A stretch of DNA of 64,000 nucleotides from Vicugna vicugna (Eukaryota). The translations under genes and the position numbers were made by a program. Every line of letters begins with the position of its first letter. Positions within the stretch are counted from its first letter, which is position 1. Under the pieces are notes generated by a model, which ran no database searches, was not told where the DNA came from, and saw nothing but the letters and a program-made list of their open reading frames with translations. Below, piece after piece: positions 37,556 through 50,665 of the stretch. The stretch spans positions 2,204,244-2,268,243 of the forward strand of contig MU058252.1 in assembly GCA_013265495.1 (NCBI GenBank), given 5' to 3'.

Positions 37556-38258
37556 TTGGTGCAGCCATTATGGGCAACAGTATGGAGATTCCTCAGAAAA
37601 CTAAAAGTAGACTTACCCTATTGTCCAGCAATCCCACTCCTGGGCATATATCCCAAGGGGACTCTAATTTGAAAATATACCTGCACCCCAATGTTCACAG
37701 CAGCACTATATACAATAGCCAAGACATGAAACAAGCTAAGTGTCCATTGACAGATGACTGGATAAAGAAGTGGTATATTTTACAATGGAATACTACTCAG
37801 CCATAAAAAAGAATAAAATAGGGCCATTTGCAACAACATGGATGGACCTGGAGATAATCATTCTAAGTGAAGCAAGCCAGAAAGAGAAAAAAAAATAACA
37901 TATGCTATCACTCATATGTGGAATCTAAAAAAAGAGAGACAAATGAACTTGCAAAACAGAAACAGACTCACAGACATAGAAAACAGATTTATGGTTATTG
38001 CGGGGGAAACAGGGTGGGAAGGGATAAGTGGAGGGTTTGAGATTTGCAGACACTAACTACTATATATAAAATAGATGAACAACAAGTTTATACTGTACAG
38101 CACAGGGAACTTTATTCAATATCTTGTAGTAGCCTGTAATGAAAAAGAACATGAAAATGAATATATGAATGTATATGCGTGACTGAAACTTCATGCTGCG
38201 CACCAGAAGTTGACACAGCATTGGAAACTGACTATACTTCAGTTGAAAAAAAAAAAAA
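37556..38258 (+). mobile_element. 5'-truncated L1 of about 700 bp with poly(A)
   Basis: TTGGTGCAGCC...KCPLTDDWIKK-encoding region, 3'UTR, A13 tail. Confidence 0.95.
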
Positions 38259-40919
38259 GGACTTTAACAACAACCTAATCTAACTTTCTCTTACTTCTAG
38301 GCATCTGATTAAGCACAAAGGTGAAACTAACTTCTCTTTCAAAACAAAGAGTACATTGTTTAGAAACTCTCCAGACAGAGAGAAGGAGGGAGAAAGATTC
38401 CCGGCCCCACTAGAGGCCCGTTCTGGTGTCTGACAGCGGCCTATCTGCTGAAACTCAAATCGAGCTCTTTTCTTTCTCAGTCCCTATTGGAAACGGGAAA
38501 TGCATAGCCATTTGCCACTCTTTAAAGATGTCTTCATGTAGAAATATTGCTTTTAAACTGATTCCGTGCAATCGTGTCTTCCTCGGGAATTTTCAGTGCC
38601 TTTGGTCTATTTGTCTAAGTAGAGAAATAAGTAACTTACTGATTTCTTATGGCTTCCTCTGAACTTCCAAGATCTGTTCATCTTACTTCTGCCGGCCCCA
38701 AGCTGGACATGACATTTTTAATTAAGATGTGATCCAGCCAGGCATTTACTTAGATCTTGCAGATCTGAAAAAGTGCCCTTAAGAAAAGACTGGGCAGAAA
38801 GAAAGAATTTAACCCCGTGGTCTTGGTCCACACTTGAAAGGACTCATTAGATGGATAGCCAGAGCCAGGAGTGGAGAAACATAGAAATCACACCAGAATT
38901 GACTGTCATCTTTGTCCAGGTGAATTCAGCTTTCAGCAAGAATCACTGGTGAGCTGTCCTGTAAATCCTGCAAGTTCTTGATTTTTCAGGCATAGATAAG
39001 TTTATACTAAAAACGTCATGGATGATTTAAATTTCGGCAAGAAACACCATTGATGTCTTACAAGGAAAACTGGTCGGGTGGTTTGTTAAGTTTTGGGGAC
39101 ACGTGGCATTCATGGCTCATTTTTCTCTTTAGGCTATAAAACACGTGGCACAGGGATGGGCTCCTAAAAGTGGGTGTTCAAAAAGTTTAAGTCGAATCAT
39201 TTAATTTGGCTAAAACTTTAGAAAAAAGAAGGAAAGAAAAAAGACTTATACGTTTGTAGTAAAGTCACATTGTCCCCAGAGTAAGGTTGGTTTGGGTTGG
39301 TTTGGTTTGGTTAATATTTAGGCAGGCAAGTTTATTGAAAAATAAGCACATTTTTAGAGTTGCTTAGATGTCATTTATTGGTGAACACTGTGATGCACCA
39401 AGATGTGAGATTTCATACCTTGGAGACTCTGGCATCTTCCCTGCCAATTCATTCGTGACCGAAAACTCTCAGAGACGAGCAGCCGATTGTAATAATCGTT
39501 GTTGTTTTCAAAAGCTTTCCATTAATGCATTGCTCAACCCAAGAAGACTCCTGGTCTAGACACTGTGGCTTAACGGCCTTTTCCTGATGTTGAATCGCTA
39601 GCTACTGGTCTCCCTTTGTGAACTGAGCAGATTTAAAAAAATCATCTCAAACTCGGTGTGTTAGAACAAACTCCTCTTGGAAGTGTACTCCACCTGGGGG
39701 AGGAGACGAGGAAGGAGTCCTGGTCCAGAATGCAGAGAAGTATCTTCTTGGTAATTGCCACGTATAATTAACGGACATGAGAAGGAATGAAGTCAGACCA
39801 TCATTTTTTTTTTTAAACCCTTGGAAAACTAAACTAGATGTCTGTCACATTCCACCTCCGTTGGACCTCACAGCGTAACCTCTGACGCCAGGACAGTGCA
39901 GCTGGTCCAGCAGCACCGGCTCAGTGGAGTGGTGCCGGGTTCTGAGCACTGACCTTCCTTCCAGGGGTGAGTTGTCGTCCCAGCGCTGGCGCTGAGTCCT
40001 GAAGCTCTGTGCCTGGGGAGGGCAGGCAGGGCTTCCTTCATCTGCCTCCCCTCCGTACTATTGATTTTTTGTCTGGTTTAAATATAGAGTTCAATATGCA
40101 GGTGTGTAAGTGCAGCGTAAATAAAACAGCATCCTGCTCCAGAGCCAAGGGGCTTCCGTCTGGGGAGCCGGTATGATTTATGAGGACAGAGGCAGCGGCG
40201 TGTACATGTGGGGAGCTTTGTCACTGGCCAGTAGGGAATTCTCAGAGGGATGAGCTTCGAAGGGAATAGAGGGAGGGAGGAGATCGGATGCCAGACAGAA
40301 CTAACCTGGGGGCACGGGGATATGAACCCTGGAAGCCAATCTCAAAACACATGGAGAGACGCCCCACAACTTCTCCCTAACGACCCCTTGTCCCAGAAGA
40401 ACCCCATACAGCGTGGGTGGGATTTTCTTAGTGAACCTCATCTTAGGTGGGTGTTTTTCTTCCCCCTTCTTGTCCCTTAATGGAGGCAGGAGGGAGGCAT
40501 GGAAGGGTGATGTATCAAGCCAGGGGTGACAAGAAGCTGGCGGCTTTGCTCCACTCAGCGGCCAGGAGGCTGACAGTGCTGGATGCTGGATGGGGCTCAT
40601 AGGGGCAGCTCCTGGGGTTGTGATGCTGGCAAGGTGAGCGGATGGGCATGGTCACCATGTCCCTTCTGATCGCAACCCATCAGAAAGTGGATACCACTGT
40701 GTCCTCCAGGCTCCCCGGCATGCCGGTAAGGGAAGGGGTGTGTCTGTGGCTGTGTGTGCATGAGTGTTTGTGTGTGAGGAGAAGAGATGGGCAGTTTTAC
40801 CTTTGCTCAGTTGGAATGAGGATTGAGGTTTACACTTTTTGCTGTCTTCCAAATTCCGATCTCAGCCACCCTTTTTCCAAACTCAAATTTTGTCACCTAG
40901 ACTGCTGAGAAAGCGGAGC

Positions 40920-41960
40920 GGGAGAGCAGTCAGGCACGGAGATCTTTCCCCCTGCCCTGCAAGGCGGGCGCAGGGATGCCCCCGGCCAGGAAGCCCGGGG
41001 TGGCCGGGGAGGCGGGGGAGCTGGGAGCGCGTGGCCTGATCACCTGCTGGTAGGGACACGCAGGCGCGGAGGCGTGAAGTGCCTCTCAACGCGGAAACGA
41101 GGAATTATGGAGATTCCAGCAGTAAGTCGGAGGAATAAAGGAATCCCGGAAATGCAGTTTCTGTGAACTCAAAATTACTATGGAGATTGCATTGCTTTCC
41201 CGAGACATAAAAACGAGGAGTCAGCGGAAGGTGTGGAGAGTGTGCGGTGTGGAGGCAGAGCGGGTGGGCTGCGGGCGGCGTGGCGGGGATGGGTTACTCA
41301 ATCCATTAAGCAGGGGTTTCTTTGCGCAGAAAACCGAAATCAGCGCTTTAAGCTGGTGAGGGAATTGATGTGTGTTCCCGAGGTGACCCCGCTTCCCTTG
41401 CGCAGACAGCGCCCCCTGCAGGGTTACCGCGGCCCAGGGGCGGGAAGCGGCGCCGAGCTGCGGGGCGAGCACGGGGTGCTCCGGGGCCCAGCGCTGTGTG
41501 AGCGGGGGCGGGGGGGGCGTGAGAGTGTGTTTGTAAGTGTGCGGGGGGGTGGTGAGAGCACACGCTAGAGAAGTGTGAGCAAGTGTGCATGTGGGAGAGT
41601 GACAGTGTGAGTTTGTGTGAGAGCTCGTGTGGGTGTATGTGTGTGCGCGCAGGGCCGGGTGGGCATTTGAGGCGGTGGGACGCAGAACCCCCGGCCTCGC
41701 CCCTCTCCGCAGGAAGGAGCAGGGTCGGGTCAGCATGCTCTTCGCCTGGCCCAGGGTGCGGGAGGAGGGGCGGGGCGAGGACCAGCAGGCAAGGGGGCTC
41801 ACAGCTAGGGCCCCTCCCATTGCCCCCACAGCCCCGCCCATAGAGGTCCCCGCCCACCTGCACCTCCCTCCCTGTCATCCCTGCCCGCTGTCCCCTCCCT
41901 CCCTATCAGCCCCGCCCATCGCCCGGCCAGCCGCACCAGCCCACCTTGCCCCCGACTGCA
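40920..41960. promoter_or_regulatory. CpG-island-like promoter/enhancer candidate
   Basis: High GC and CpG density; GC boxes at 41767-41775, 41832-41839, 41848-41855 and 41910-41917; GGAA cluster at 41091-41230; no recognisable repeat. Confidence 0.6.
41407..41422 (-). promoter_or_regulatory. CTCF core motif
   Basis: Reverse complement CCTGCAGGGGGCGCTG closely fits the CTCF core CCASYAGRKGGCRS; binding not demonstrated. Confidence 0.6.
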
Positions 41961-42479
41961 TGGGTGACCCCTCCACCCCCGAGGAGGTATCCTTCCCAAA
42001 GGAGTCACGAGAGCTAAGAGAAGAGGAACGATTTAAACTCTGAAAAGGACGTTTCCTTTTTCTTTTTCCTTTGCCCAGAGAATTGCAGTCACTTCCAATA
42101 TGCAGTTGAAAAAGCGGGAGGCATTTGGTGTGGGGAAGTGTGTGGGAGCAGAGGGCTCAGACTGGCGTGGTATTCTTTTGTTTTTAGTACCACTTCTTAC
42201 TGCTTAGGAAACGTGGGGTGACTTTCAGGAACAGGCCGCATTCTCCACCTGGCTTTGCGCGGCCTCTCCGGGAGCAGAGCCGCCCACCAGCTCAAAGACA
42301 GGAAAATTCCCGCTGTCTTAAATCACGGTGTCCTTGGCGCGGGGTCGCAGGTGGGGGCCTCTCCCTCCAGTGACTGGCTCTGGTGGGTGCCTTTGAGTCA
42401 CAGCACTGGAGCCTCAGAGGGGAGTGGGCAACATTTAACACAGACGTTATTCTATTTATTTTCGAGGGGAAATCTTCTG

Positions 42480-42636
42480 TTTTCTTTTTTCCAGCTTTAT
42501 TGAGATGCAGTTGACAACACTGCGTAAGTTTAAGGTGTACAGTGTGATGATTAGACATGCTTGTTTAGTGCCGAATGACTGCCACGGGAGGGTTGATTAA
42601 GACCCCCATCACAGCACATAATTACCATTTCTTGTT
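42480..42636 (-). mobile_element. L1MA-like 3' end fragment
   Basis: CAGCTTTATTGAGATGCAGTTGACAA...TTTAAGGTGTACAGTGTGATG...CCATCAC...CATAATTACC. Confidence 0.85.
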
Positions 42637-43305
42637 CCCCACATAATTTAAAGCTCACCGAGGCAAAGAGGAAGGAGTGGCTTCCAAGTGTATTAAGCTC
42701 TGGAAAGATAGCGTCTGGGTCCCACTTTAGGGCTTTCCATTGTTTGCTGAAAGTAAATTCAAACTTTATGTCCCCTCTAGGTTGTTAAATGTTGAGAATG
42801 TCTAGGGGCCAACATATCAGGCTGCAAAGCCCGCGGAGAATATGTGACAGTCCTTACCGGGACAGGAAAACGTGTTCCCTGGGACCCTGGAGAAGGAGGC
42901 AGGAAGGGAAGCTTAAAAGCAGGGCGACTGTGCTCAGCACCAGCGGGAGTGGACGGCGGGAGGGAAGAAAGTGCACACGTGGATTCCAGGGAAGGATGCA
43001 GCCCACCGCTTTTTGAGGAGGACATTGTGGTAGCTCGTATCTGTCTCTTCCATCGGGGAGTCAAATATTTTAAAATAGCTGTGTCGATTTGGGGATGGTC
43101 TTTTTGGTGTTGTTTTAGTCCTTAAAAGGGAATCTAGGGAGGGAACCTTCATGTTCCTACTTGTGTTCTCCTGAATTCGATAGCTTGCATTTTTAAAGGA
43201 AAATAAACATTCAGGGAAAGCTACCAAAAATTCCTCTGTAAGTTTTTAGTAGCCATTCTGATAAAAAAAAAATAATTTATTTGCAGTTAAAATGAATGTC
43301 AAATG

Positions 43306-43338
<33 letters not shown>

Positions 43339-44229
43339 TTAAAGTTTTGTTTTTTTGCAGTTTTCTGCAGCAGTGATATTTAGAGCCTTCTTTCCTGGTC
43401 GAAGCTAATGTACATTTAGAGCCTTTGAGCTCAGGCTGCACCTGCCTTTGCATCATTATTTCACCCAAGCCTGTAAGTGCTCATTCAGTGCCCAAGGGAC
43501 CTGTTTTGAGGGCACAGCCCCACTGAGTCATCCATTGCCCATCAGATAGCAGTCTGTGCAGGACACGCTGACTCCACCATCTCCTGCTGCAGGTGCTACA
43601 CCTCCCAGTCTGAGAGCGCCAGCATTCTGCCCTCAGACCATCTCCTTCCAGCTCACTCTCCCTCTTTCATTTCATGCATGTATATGTGGGAAGGGTTTCA
43701 AATGTGTTGATTCAATGGATGGATGAATCAATGTTCGCTGAAAGGAGGGATGTAGTGCCAGGGTTGCACCTGTCATCTTCCAGACACACCTTTAGGCTGT
43801 CTTTCTTTGACTTCTTCAAGGCTGACACCAATATTTATTTAAATTTTATGTCACCCGAATAGAAAATACTGTCTGGGTGTGATCTGCACAGAGCCCAGTG
43901 CACCTTAGAAAACTCTGTCTGGAAGATTCTTAGGCTTCTGTTCCTGATTAATGTATCTTTTGTGATGTAGCATCTTGGCGGCACATCACAGCCAAGCACA
44001 GCTGGTAACTGTGTAGCCCCACACTTGTAACTCCGAAGAGTGTGTGCACATGCTCCTCTTCTCCCTGCCCCCCATACCCTTCACTTAGTTCTAGTGCGTT
44101 TGGAGGTGGCAGGACAAGTGAGGCTGGAAAAAAATTGTGTGTGTGAGAGTTCAGGCCCGAGAGTCACATCACCTCAAAGATCGCATTCATCCGTTGCGTT
44201 CTTCTCCCCTTGCTTGAGTAGGACTGGTC

Positions 44230-44381
44230 TTTTTTTTTTTTTTTAAGTTTTAAGTTTTAAGTTTTTCCTCTTGTTGGGGGAGGTAATTAGGTTTACTTAC
44301 TTTTTAATGGAGACACTGGGGATTGAACCCAGGGCCTTGCACATACTAAGCACATGCTCTACCACTGAGCTACTATTTCCC
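44230..44381 (-). mobile_element. Vic-1-type SINE
   Basis: Poly-T/(AAGTTTT)n tail, GGGGGAGGTAATTAGG, GGGGATTGAACCCAGG, CTCTACCACTGAGCTA. Confidence 0.9.
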
Positions 44382-46039
44382 CATGGTTGACCTTTTTCTT
44401 TTTCTTTTTTAATTTTCCCAGGATCCCTTTGGGGCAGGTCCTAAACCACACTGAAAAATAGACAGCAGTCAGTACCCCAGCTTTCTCAGTCACCCAGGGC
44501 ATCTCCTGCCTGGGCTCAGGGAAGCACCTCTAGGTCCCAGTTCCAGCCAGTCTTTGCTGAGGGACTAACTGCAGCCATCAGCAGCTAGTGGGTGGGTGCG
44601 ACGCCCAGGTCCTTTTAGGGGATTCTTGAAGAAACTTCTGCCAGAGCTGGTGGCTCAGTGATCTAACATTCTAGATTTCCACTCTACCAGTTAGATCTGG
44701 AAAGAGATCTTTCTTCTTACAGGTGAAGGGAGACGCCCACTTTTGGTTGAGTGATATGAATTGTAATCCAGACAGTGTCACTCCCCCAGGTCAGCGTGCG
44801 TCACTACCCCGTGCCACCTCTTCCCTAAAAGACTCACAGGAGCAAAGTTATAAGGAGGGAATAAAAAGCATGGCGGCTGTTTTGGGGGAGCTAGTCCTTC
44901 TCTCAGATCAGACCATGTAATAGCGACTTCTCCGTCTAGCCATGGCGCCAGCCCCATCGATTTTCAGTAAAACTTCAGTGGTAATAGTCAGGGGAAATGG
45001 GTTGTGTGAGTGCACTGGGCGGCTACTTCAGGGCTCATTTTTAAGTCACTTTTGTTCCCACAGTAAATTTTCAGTTAGCTGTTCTGGGCGTCTATAAGGT
45101 AGCTTCTGTACCCTGTTGACTGGCGTCTAGAGTGAACCATTCATCTGGTCAAGAATGTCCATAAATTTAGACTTGGAAACGCAGAGTTTGGGCGATGTGA
45201 CTGCACCTTTAGTGATTCCCAAACATCTGGTGGAAGTCACCCATAAATGCATTTTTCTGGGCTTATGTTCCTTTTCATTTAAAGCTCTCTCTGAAAATTC
45301 CAATTTCATGTGAGGAAGTAATTTTTTTTCCTAATTGAAATACAAGTCAAAAGAAGTACTAACTTCAGGTATGAATTAAATTTCACTTCCTGTCGTGCCC
45401 ATGACAAAATACAGTTGTCCTGTTCGCAAAATGTGCCTGCAGAGAAGTTCCAGTTGACCGTTTTTAGAAGACGCTTAGAGGCGTTTAATTTGTCCTAAGC
45501 AGGTACCTGGTGTCCCTCAGGGAGGTGCAAGCCGGCATCAGATCTCTCTGTTTACTTGGAATCTGCCTTTTCTCTATGAGATTTTCAGAAGCTTCAAAAA
45601 GACAGCGTCCTTTAAATTAGCAAGTAAATAATGGCAGGAATGCACTGAAGGGAGCGTAGGACTCAGAAGCCAGCGGTCTGTTTCAGAGCAGTTGCCGGAC
45701 GTGAGGCGCGGCTGGAACCTCGGCTTTCTCACCGCGTCCACAGGGAGGGAAGCAGGGAGGCTGCGTCCACAGAACTCCCCCATGGGAGCAAACCGGCCGC
45801 CCGCCAGGCATTTCCTGCTCGTGAAACCCAAGGGTGAGGTCTCTCCAGGCTTCTCTTCAGAAGGGATGAAGGCAGATGGTGTGTGGCACAGCGATTTAGT
45901 GGACGACGTGGTTGGTAACATCCCTCAAAAAGAAATTTCATACAGAGGTCCTAGAACATGCCGTCAGCATGTATTGGCTCACGGCAGTTCAGTGTAACTG
46001 AGAAAAGGCCGTTCTAAGAGGAAACTATAGAAGGTGTGG

Positions 46040-46300
46040 TCCTGCTCACCTTCAAGATCCAGGTAAAGCATCATTTCTTCCAAGAAGCCCTCCTTGAGGG
46101 ACTCAGGCCGCCGCAGCCGCTGTTCTTCCAAGCCTCCGTGGCGTTCGTTAGAGGTGCCCTTCCCTTGACAGCGAGAAGGAGCTTTGACCAGAGCCTCCAG
46201 GGCGGTGTGTCTGTGAGGCACTCTTCCCTAGGGCTGGGGGTCTGTCACATGCTGTTGTGAAGCCAACATCGGTGCGTGTCCGGGCACACAGTAGGCCCTC
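46040..46300 (+). mobile_element. L2 3' fragment
   Basis: CCTGCTCACCTTCAAGATCCAG...CTTCCAAGAAGCCCTCCTTG...GGCACACAGTAGGCCCTC. Confidence 0.7.
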
Positions 46301-49129
46301 TGTTTTGCTGCCGTTGGTAACACACCCTCCAGGCCCAGGGCGGCTTTGGGGGCGAGTGTCAGGGCTCAGGAGACACCCTGGCTGTGACTACGTGGCATGA
46401 AGACAGGGGAAACTGAGGCCGATTGCAAAGTAGCAAGTGTCTGTTTTCATCCTGTTTAGTATTGGTTTGAAGAGATAAGTTATTTAAGATAAAAATAGTT
46501 TTCTGTGATTAAATATTTTTTAATTACTATTTTAAAATATTTTCGTTAGCTAAACAATTCCTCCTGTCTTAAAAAGAGAAGGAGAGAAAACTTGAAAGTT
46601 CATTCTTACCCTTCAAGGCTCCCCCTCACAGTCTTTTTTTCGAGAAAACCTCCGGCCGTCCCGGTGCATACATGGCTCCCCCGGTCCCCCACATTTGGCC
46701 TCAGCCACTTAGGATTAAGTGAAATAAGCCATCATCTTGTGTATCAATGTTTACAGCTACAATGTACTGTGAACTGTTTGTGGGGCAATGAAACAGAACA
46801 GAAGACATACCAGAATGTGTCCTTTCCTTCAAACGCGTTACTTCGTGTAGCTGTCCTGGGAATTTTCCTTCCAAGCTTTTTGAATAACTTTTAGGTTTTC
46901 AATTTTCTGAAATCTTCCCCAATGGATAATTTTTGCAAACAATAAAAAATAAAAACCCAATCCGATGCCAAGAATAATAAATAAAACAGATACTCATAAT
47001 GGATGACAGGTTTGGTTTCCCAAAAAAATAGTTGTCCTAAAATTATGGGAACTGATCGCATCTGTGTATGTTTCAGAAACGTCGAGTCCCTCTTGGAATT
47101 ACCTACATCCTTCAGCCGTGGCGGAGTCACTGGAGTAAAAGAAAAGGCAATTTGGGGGGACACAATACTCCCTTTGAATTAAAGATACATATATGTGCCC
47201 GTGTCTCTCTCATGCCTGTAATCACACCAGGTTCTCCTTTCAGCTGCGCTGATGACCCCTTCAGGGTGCCCGGCTGGCACACTTCGGTATACGTTACATT
47301 GCAACCCGCAGGGCAGTGCAGTCCAGCAGCCCTTGTAGCGGACATCATGGCTTGGTCCTCCGCGGCTGAGCTGGAGGGAAGCCTTGCGCTGGGTGCAGCA
47401 GCTGCAGGGAGGGTGGGACCGCCCACTCTGGAGAGTCACCTTCCCCTTGGGGTGCTCCCTAAGTGCCCCTCTCCCACCTGGCTGGTTTGGGATTGCCGCC
47501 CCCTCTCTGACTTTCCTGCCCAGGTGTTAATCCCAGATGTGCTGACCTGAGCGCCTCAGGACTGAGACCAAGCTGGGAACCTTGCTGCTCTTCCGTATTT
47601 AAACACTCATTTCTCACGCTCTCTCTTAATCTGGTGCGTGAGTGCGTAATATGTCATTTGTAAGTCAGTTTCCTTCAACATGCGTTTACTGCATGCACTA
47701 TTGCTCTAAGCTGGGCATTCACGGGGCCGTCACTGAAGGCTTGTTTCCAGGCTCCCCGCGTGCTTACCTAAGGTGGAGGCCGTCTTCTGCACACACGCAC
47801 GCCCGCACTCACACGCCCCAGTTTTATATTCAAATGAGCTGACCATGCTCATTTAAATACAACATTTCCCTCACTTTTAATGCAATCAGAATTTAGCTAG
47901 CTGACAATCAGGTCAGGCAAATGCATTTATCAAACATTCAGCAGGTGCTCACGGGGCATCCACAGCACACAGCGCTGTTTGGGCGTGGGGAGGTGCCCGT
48001 GTACCAAAGACACGACTGCAATGAGGCCACTGGCATTTTAATGAGAGAAAACAGAGGAAAGAAACACTTGTCAAGTAGTGGCGGGTGCTAAGCAGAAAAA
48101 TACAGAAGGGACAGGGAGTGTTGGGGAAGGTCTGTTTCAGAAAGAGAGGTCATGGAAGGTGAGAGAGAACTGGGCTGGCGGAGGGTATCCCCGGGAACAC
48201 AGCAGCCTCCCGTGTCCGGCTCCCGCAGGCTTCTCCCCTGCCCTTGGGTCACAGCAGGTGAGAGTTGGCGGGACCGTCAGTGTTGTCCACTCCAGCATCC
48301 TTCATCTTACAGTTTAGCAAAGTGAGACCAAGAAAAGGTTACAGTTCCAAGTTGAGCCTCACAAAGACATACTGCTCGTTAGGAGGGGGAAAAAGAGAGA
48401 AAGAAAATGTCAAACGTTGACAATGCAGAGACTCTGCCAAAACATGTAACACAAGGTGCAAGGAACCAGCCGAAGGTCAGCTCCTGAACGTTCGAGCAGA
48501 CATTTTCGTTTGGGTTCTTCCCTGTTACGAGTTGTCTTCATTCATGAAACAAAGGTAGTAATACTTTACTCATAAGGCTGTTGTGAAAAGCAGACAGCAA
48601 ATGAGTGTAATAAAATACCTGGTTCAATAAATAATAGTGAGATTCTCTGTACATATAATTTCAACAATAATTTTGTTTCATGACCTAATGAAATGTTTTA
48701 CATGCAAAAAACCCCACCAATATTCTATATTTGATTTCGTACTATAAGAATGCAGTGGTATGGTAAATATTTGCTCTGAGTTCTCAGCAACCATAGTCAT
48801 TATTTTATAAAGTTAGATAATGTGTTGGTCCATATCCTATCCTTAGGCTGTAAAAAAAAAAAAGTCACTGGAAATAGCATCCCAAACCCTTCAATGCAAT
48901 TAGCACCCTGATACTAAGACTCAGAAATTGTTGGATGTCTGGTTCTACCACCTATTCTAGACCTTAGTGTCCTGGGAGGCTGTCAGAGGAGTTGTGGTCG
49001 TGGGTCTGAGAGAGCGTCACAGAAAACCAGCGAACTAGCTGCTTGCAGCGGGACAGGAGGTGACCACGTAACCTCCTTAGGAGAACTTGTGGTATTGAAG
49101 ACCCTCTCGAGCTCATTTCCCGACTGGTT

Positions 49130-49400
49130 AAATGTTCCCACTGACTTCCATCTTCCTGTCAAACCTTTCAGAACATTTGGTGTTTGTAGAATTGTCCGCC
49201 TGTCTCTGAGACTCTTAGCTCCGTGAAGACTGCAGTCAGGACAGAAACGTGACAGGCAGGACACTGCTGACTCCTCCAGGAAGCGTGTTTCTAGTCCCTT
49301 GTTCATTCGTTCTGCCTTCTCCCACCAAATCCACAAAGCCTGGCTTCACCTCACGGGCGCTCACTGACTCCCTGCTTCTCTGAATCCATTTAGCATTTAC
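49130..49400 (+). mobile_element. L2 fragment
   Basis: ACTGCTGACTCCTCCAGGAAGCGTGTTTCT-like L2 block; diverged. Confidence 0.45.
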
Positions 49401-49420
49401 TGTTCAAACCTTGAAATTGA

Positions 49421-49653
49421 TTCTTTTTTTTAAATTAAAATATAGTTGATTTACAATGTGTTAACTTCTGGTGTGCAGCACAGTGATTCAGTTACACATA
49501 CATACATTTCTTTTCATATTCTTTTTCACTACAGGCTATTACAAGGCATTGAATACAGTTCCCTGTGCTGTACAGTAGGACCTTGTTGTTTATCTGTTTT
49601 ATATGTGGTAGTTTGTATCTGCAAATCCTGAGCTCCCAATTTATCCCTCCCCA
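49421..49653 (-). mobile_element. L1 3'UTR fragment
   Basis: TATAGTTGATTTACAATGTG...CAGTTCCCTGTGCTGTACAGTAGGACC...AATTTATCCCTCCCC. Confidence 0.92.
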
Positions 49654-50489
49654 CATGTCCTTTGTGTGTCCTGTGTTCCATGTAATGGAAATAGAGTCAC
49701 CATCAAGGGCAATCAGCTCCTTGAAACGGCCATTTTTAATAGTCAGTTTCTGTGCTACATAATATCATTCTGTAATTTCAGTTTGGCTGCAGAAACACAA
49801 TTAAATTACATTCTTCAAGAGACTCCTCAAAGGTGAAAAATTTATATTCAAAGATTTGGGAAAGTAAGTCTAAGGAACTTTGCCGTGTAATGTTCACAGC
49901 GCATTGTGTGTTCAGCGTTGGTACCTCACAGTGATGGGGCGTGAATGGGTTCCGGGCATCATGCTGCTTCCGTTGGCTTCCCAGAGCCATGGGGAGGATC
50001 ACTAAAGCACCAAAACATTGTTTCACCGGAGCGAAATATTTTGACATTTTCACTTCATATCAAGAGGCTGGAATACGACTCCCCTGAAGACCATGAAACG
50101 TGGTGCAGGCACCAGCAAGTAGATGGAATTCCAATTCCTCGTTAGCTTCCTGCTGACTGTGGGCATCGAGAGAGGCCGTGCTTGCCTCTCTGCTGGTGGA
50201 AGGAGAAGTCAGTGGCCCTGCGCCCCAGACTTGGCTTTGCTCATGCAGAGATGTCTGGCTGGCAGCCCCGCCCGGGGCCCCCTGTGCTCCGAAGCAGGAA
50301 AAGGACGCCCTTCCTGTGTGCCCAGGCCTGGGACCTGGCCTCTGGCTTTGCACCAGGAAGGCTTGGCGCCAAGGTTCTGGCCTTTCCATCAGAAGAGCTG
50401 AGTTTCCTGACCTTGGGAAGCTGTTTTGGCATCAATATTTTCATCTTTAAAAAGAAAGGCTTGGAATAAGAGAAAAAAAACAAACATCA

Positions 50490-50665
50490 ACAGCAGTTAA
50501 CATTGCCTGGGTACTTAGAGTCTCCTGCGTGTTTTAGTTCATTCAGTGCAAACAGCTCTGTGACCAGGTACATTGCTGCCACCTCCCTTCCCTAGAGGGG
50601 AGCCTGGGTAACTCATCACAGGTCACACAGCTGGGGGCCCAGGTGCTGACCTCTCCAGCCCCACT
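50490..50665 (-). mobile_element. MIR fragment
   Basis: GGGTAACTCATCACAGGTCACACAGCTGG-type MIR block. Confidence 0.55.

Noticed and set aside
38405..38422. CTCF-like CCACTAGAGGCCCG
   Set aside because: Mismatch in the GGC core and an isolated motif; too weak to call.
39286..39313. (TTTGG)n tract as an interstitial telomere
   Set aside because: The unit is not TTAGGG; it is an ordinary short pentamer repeat.
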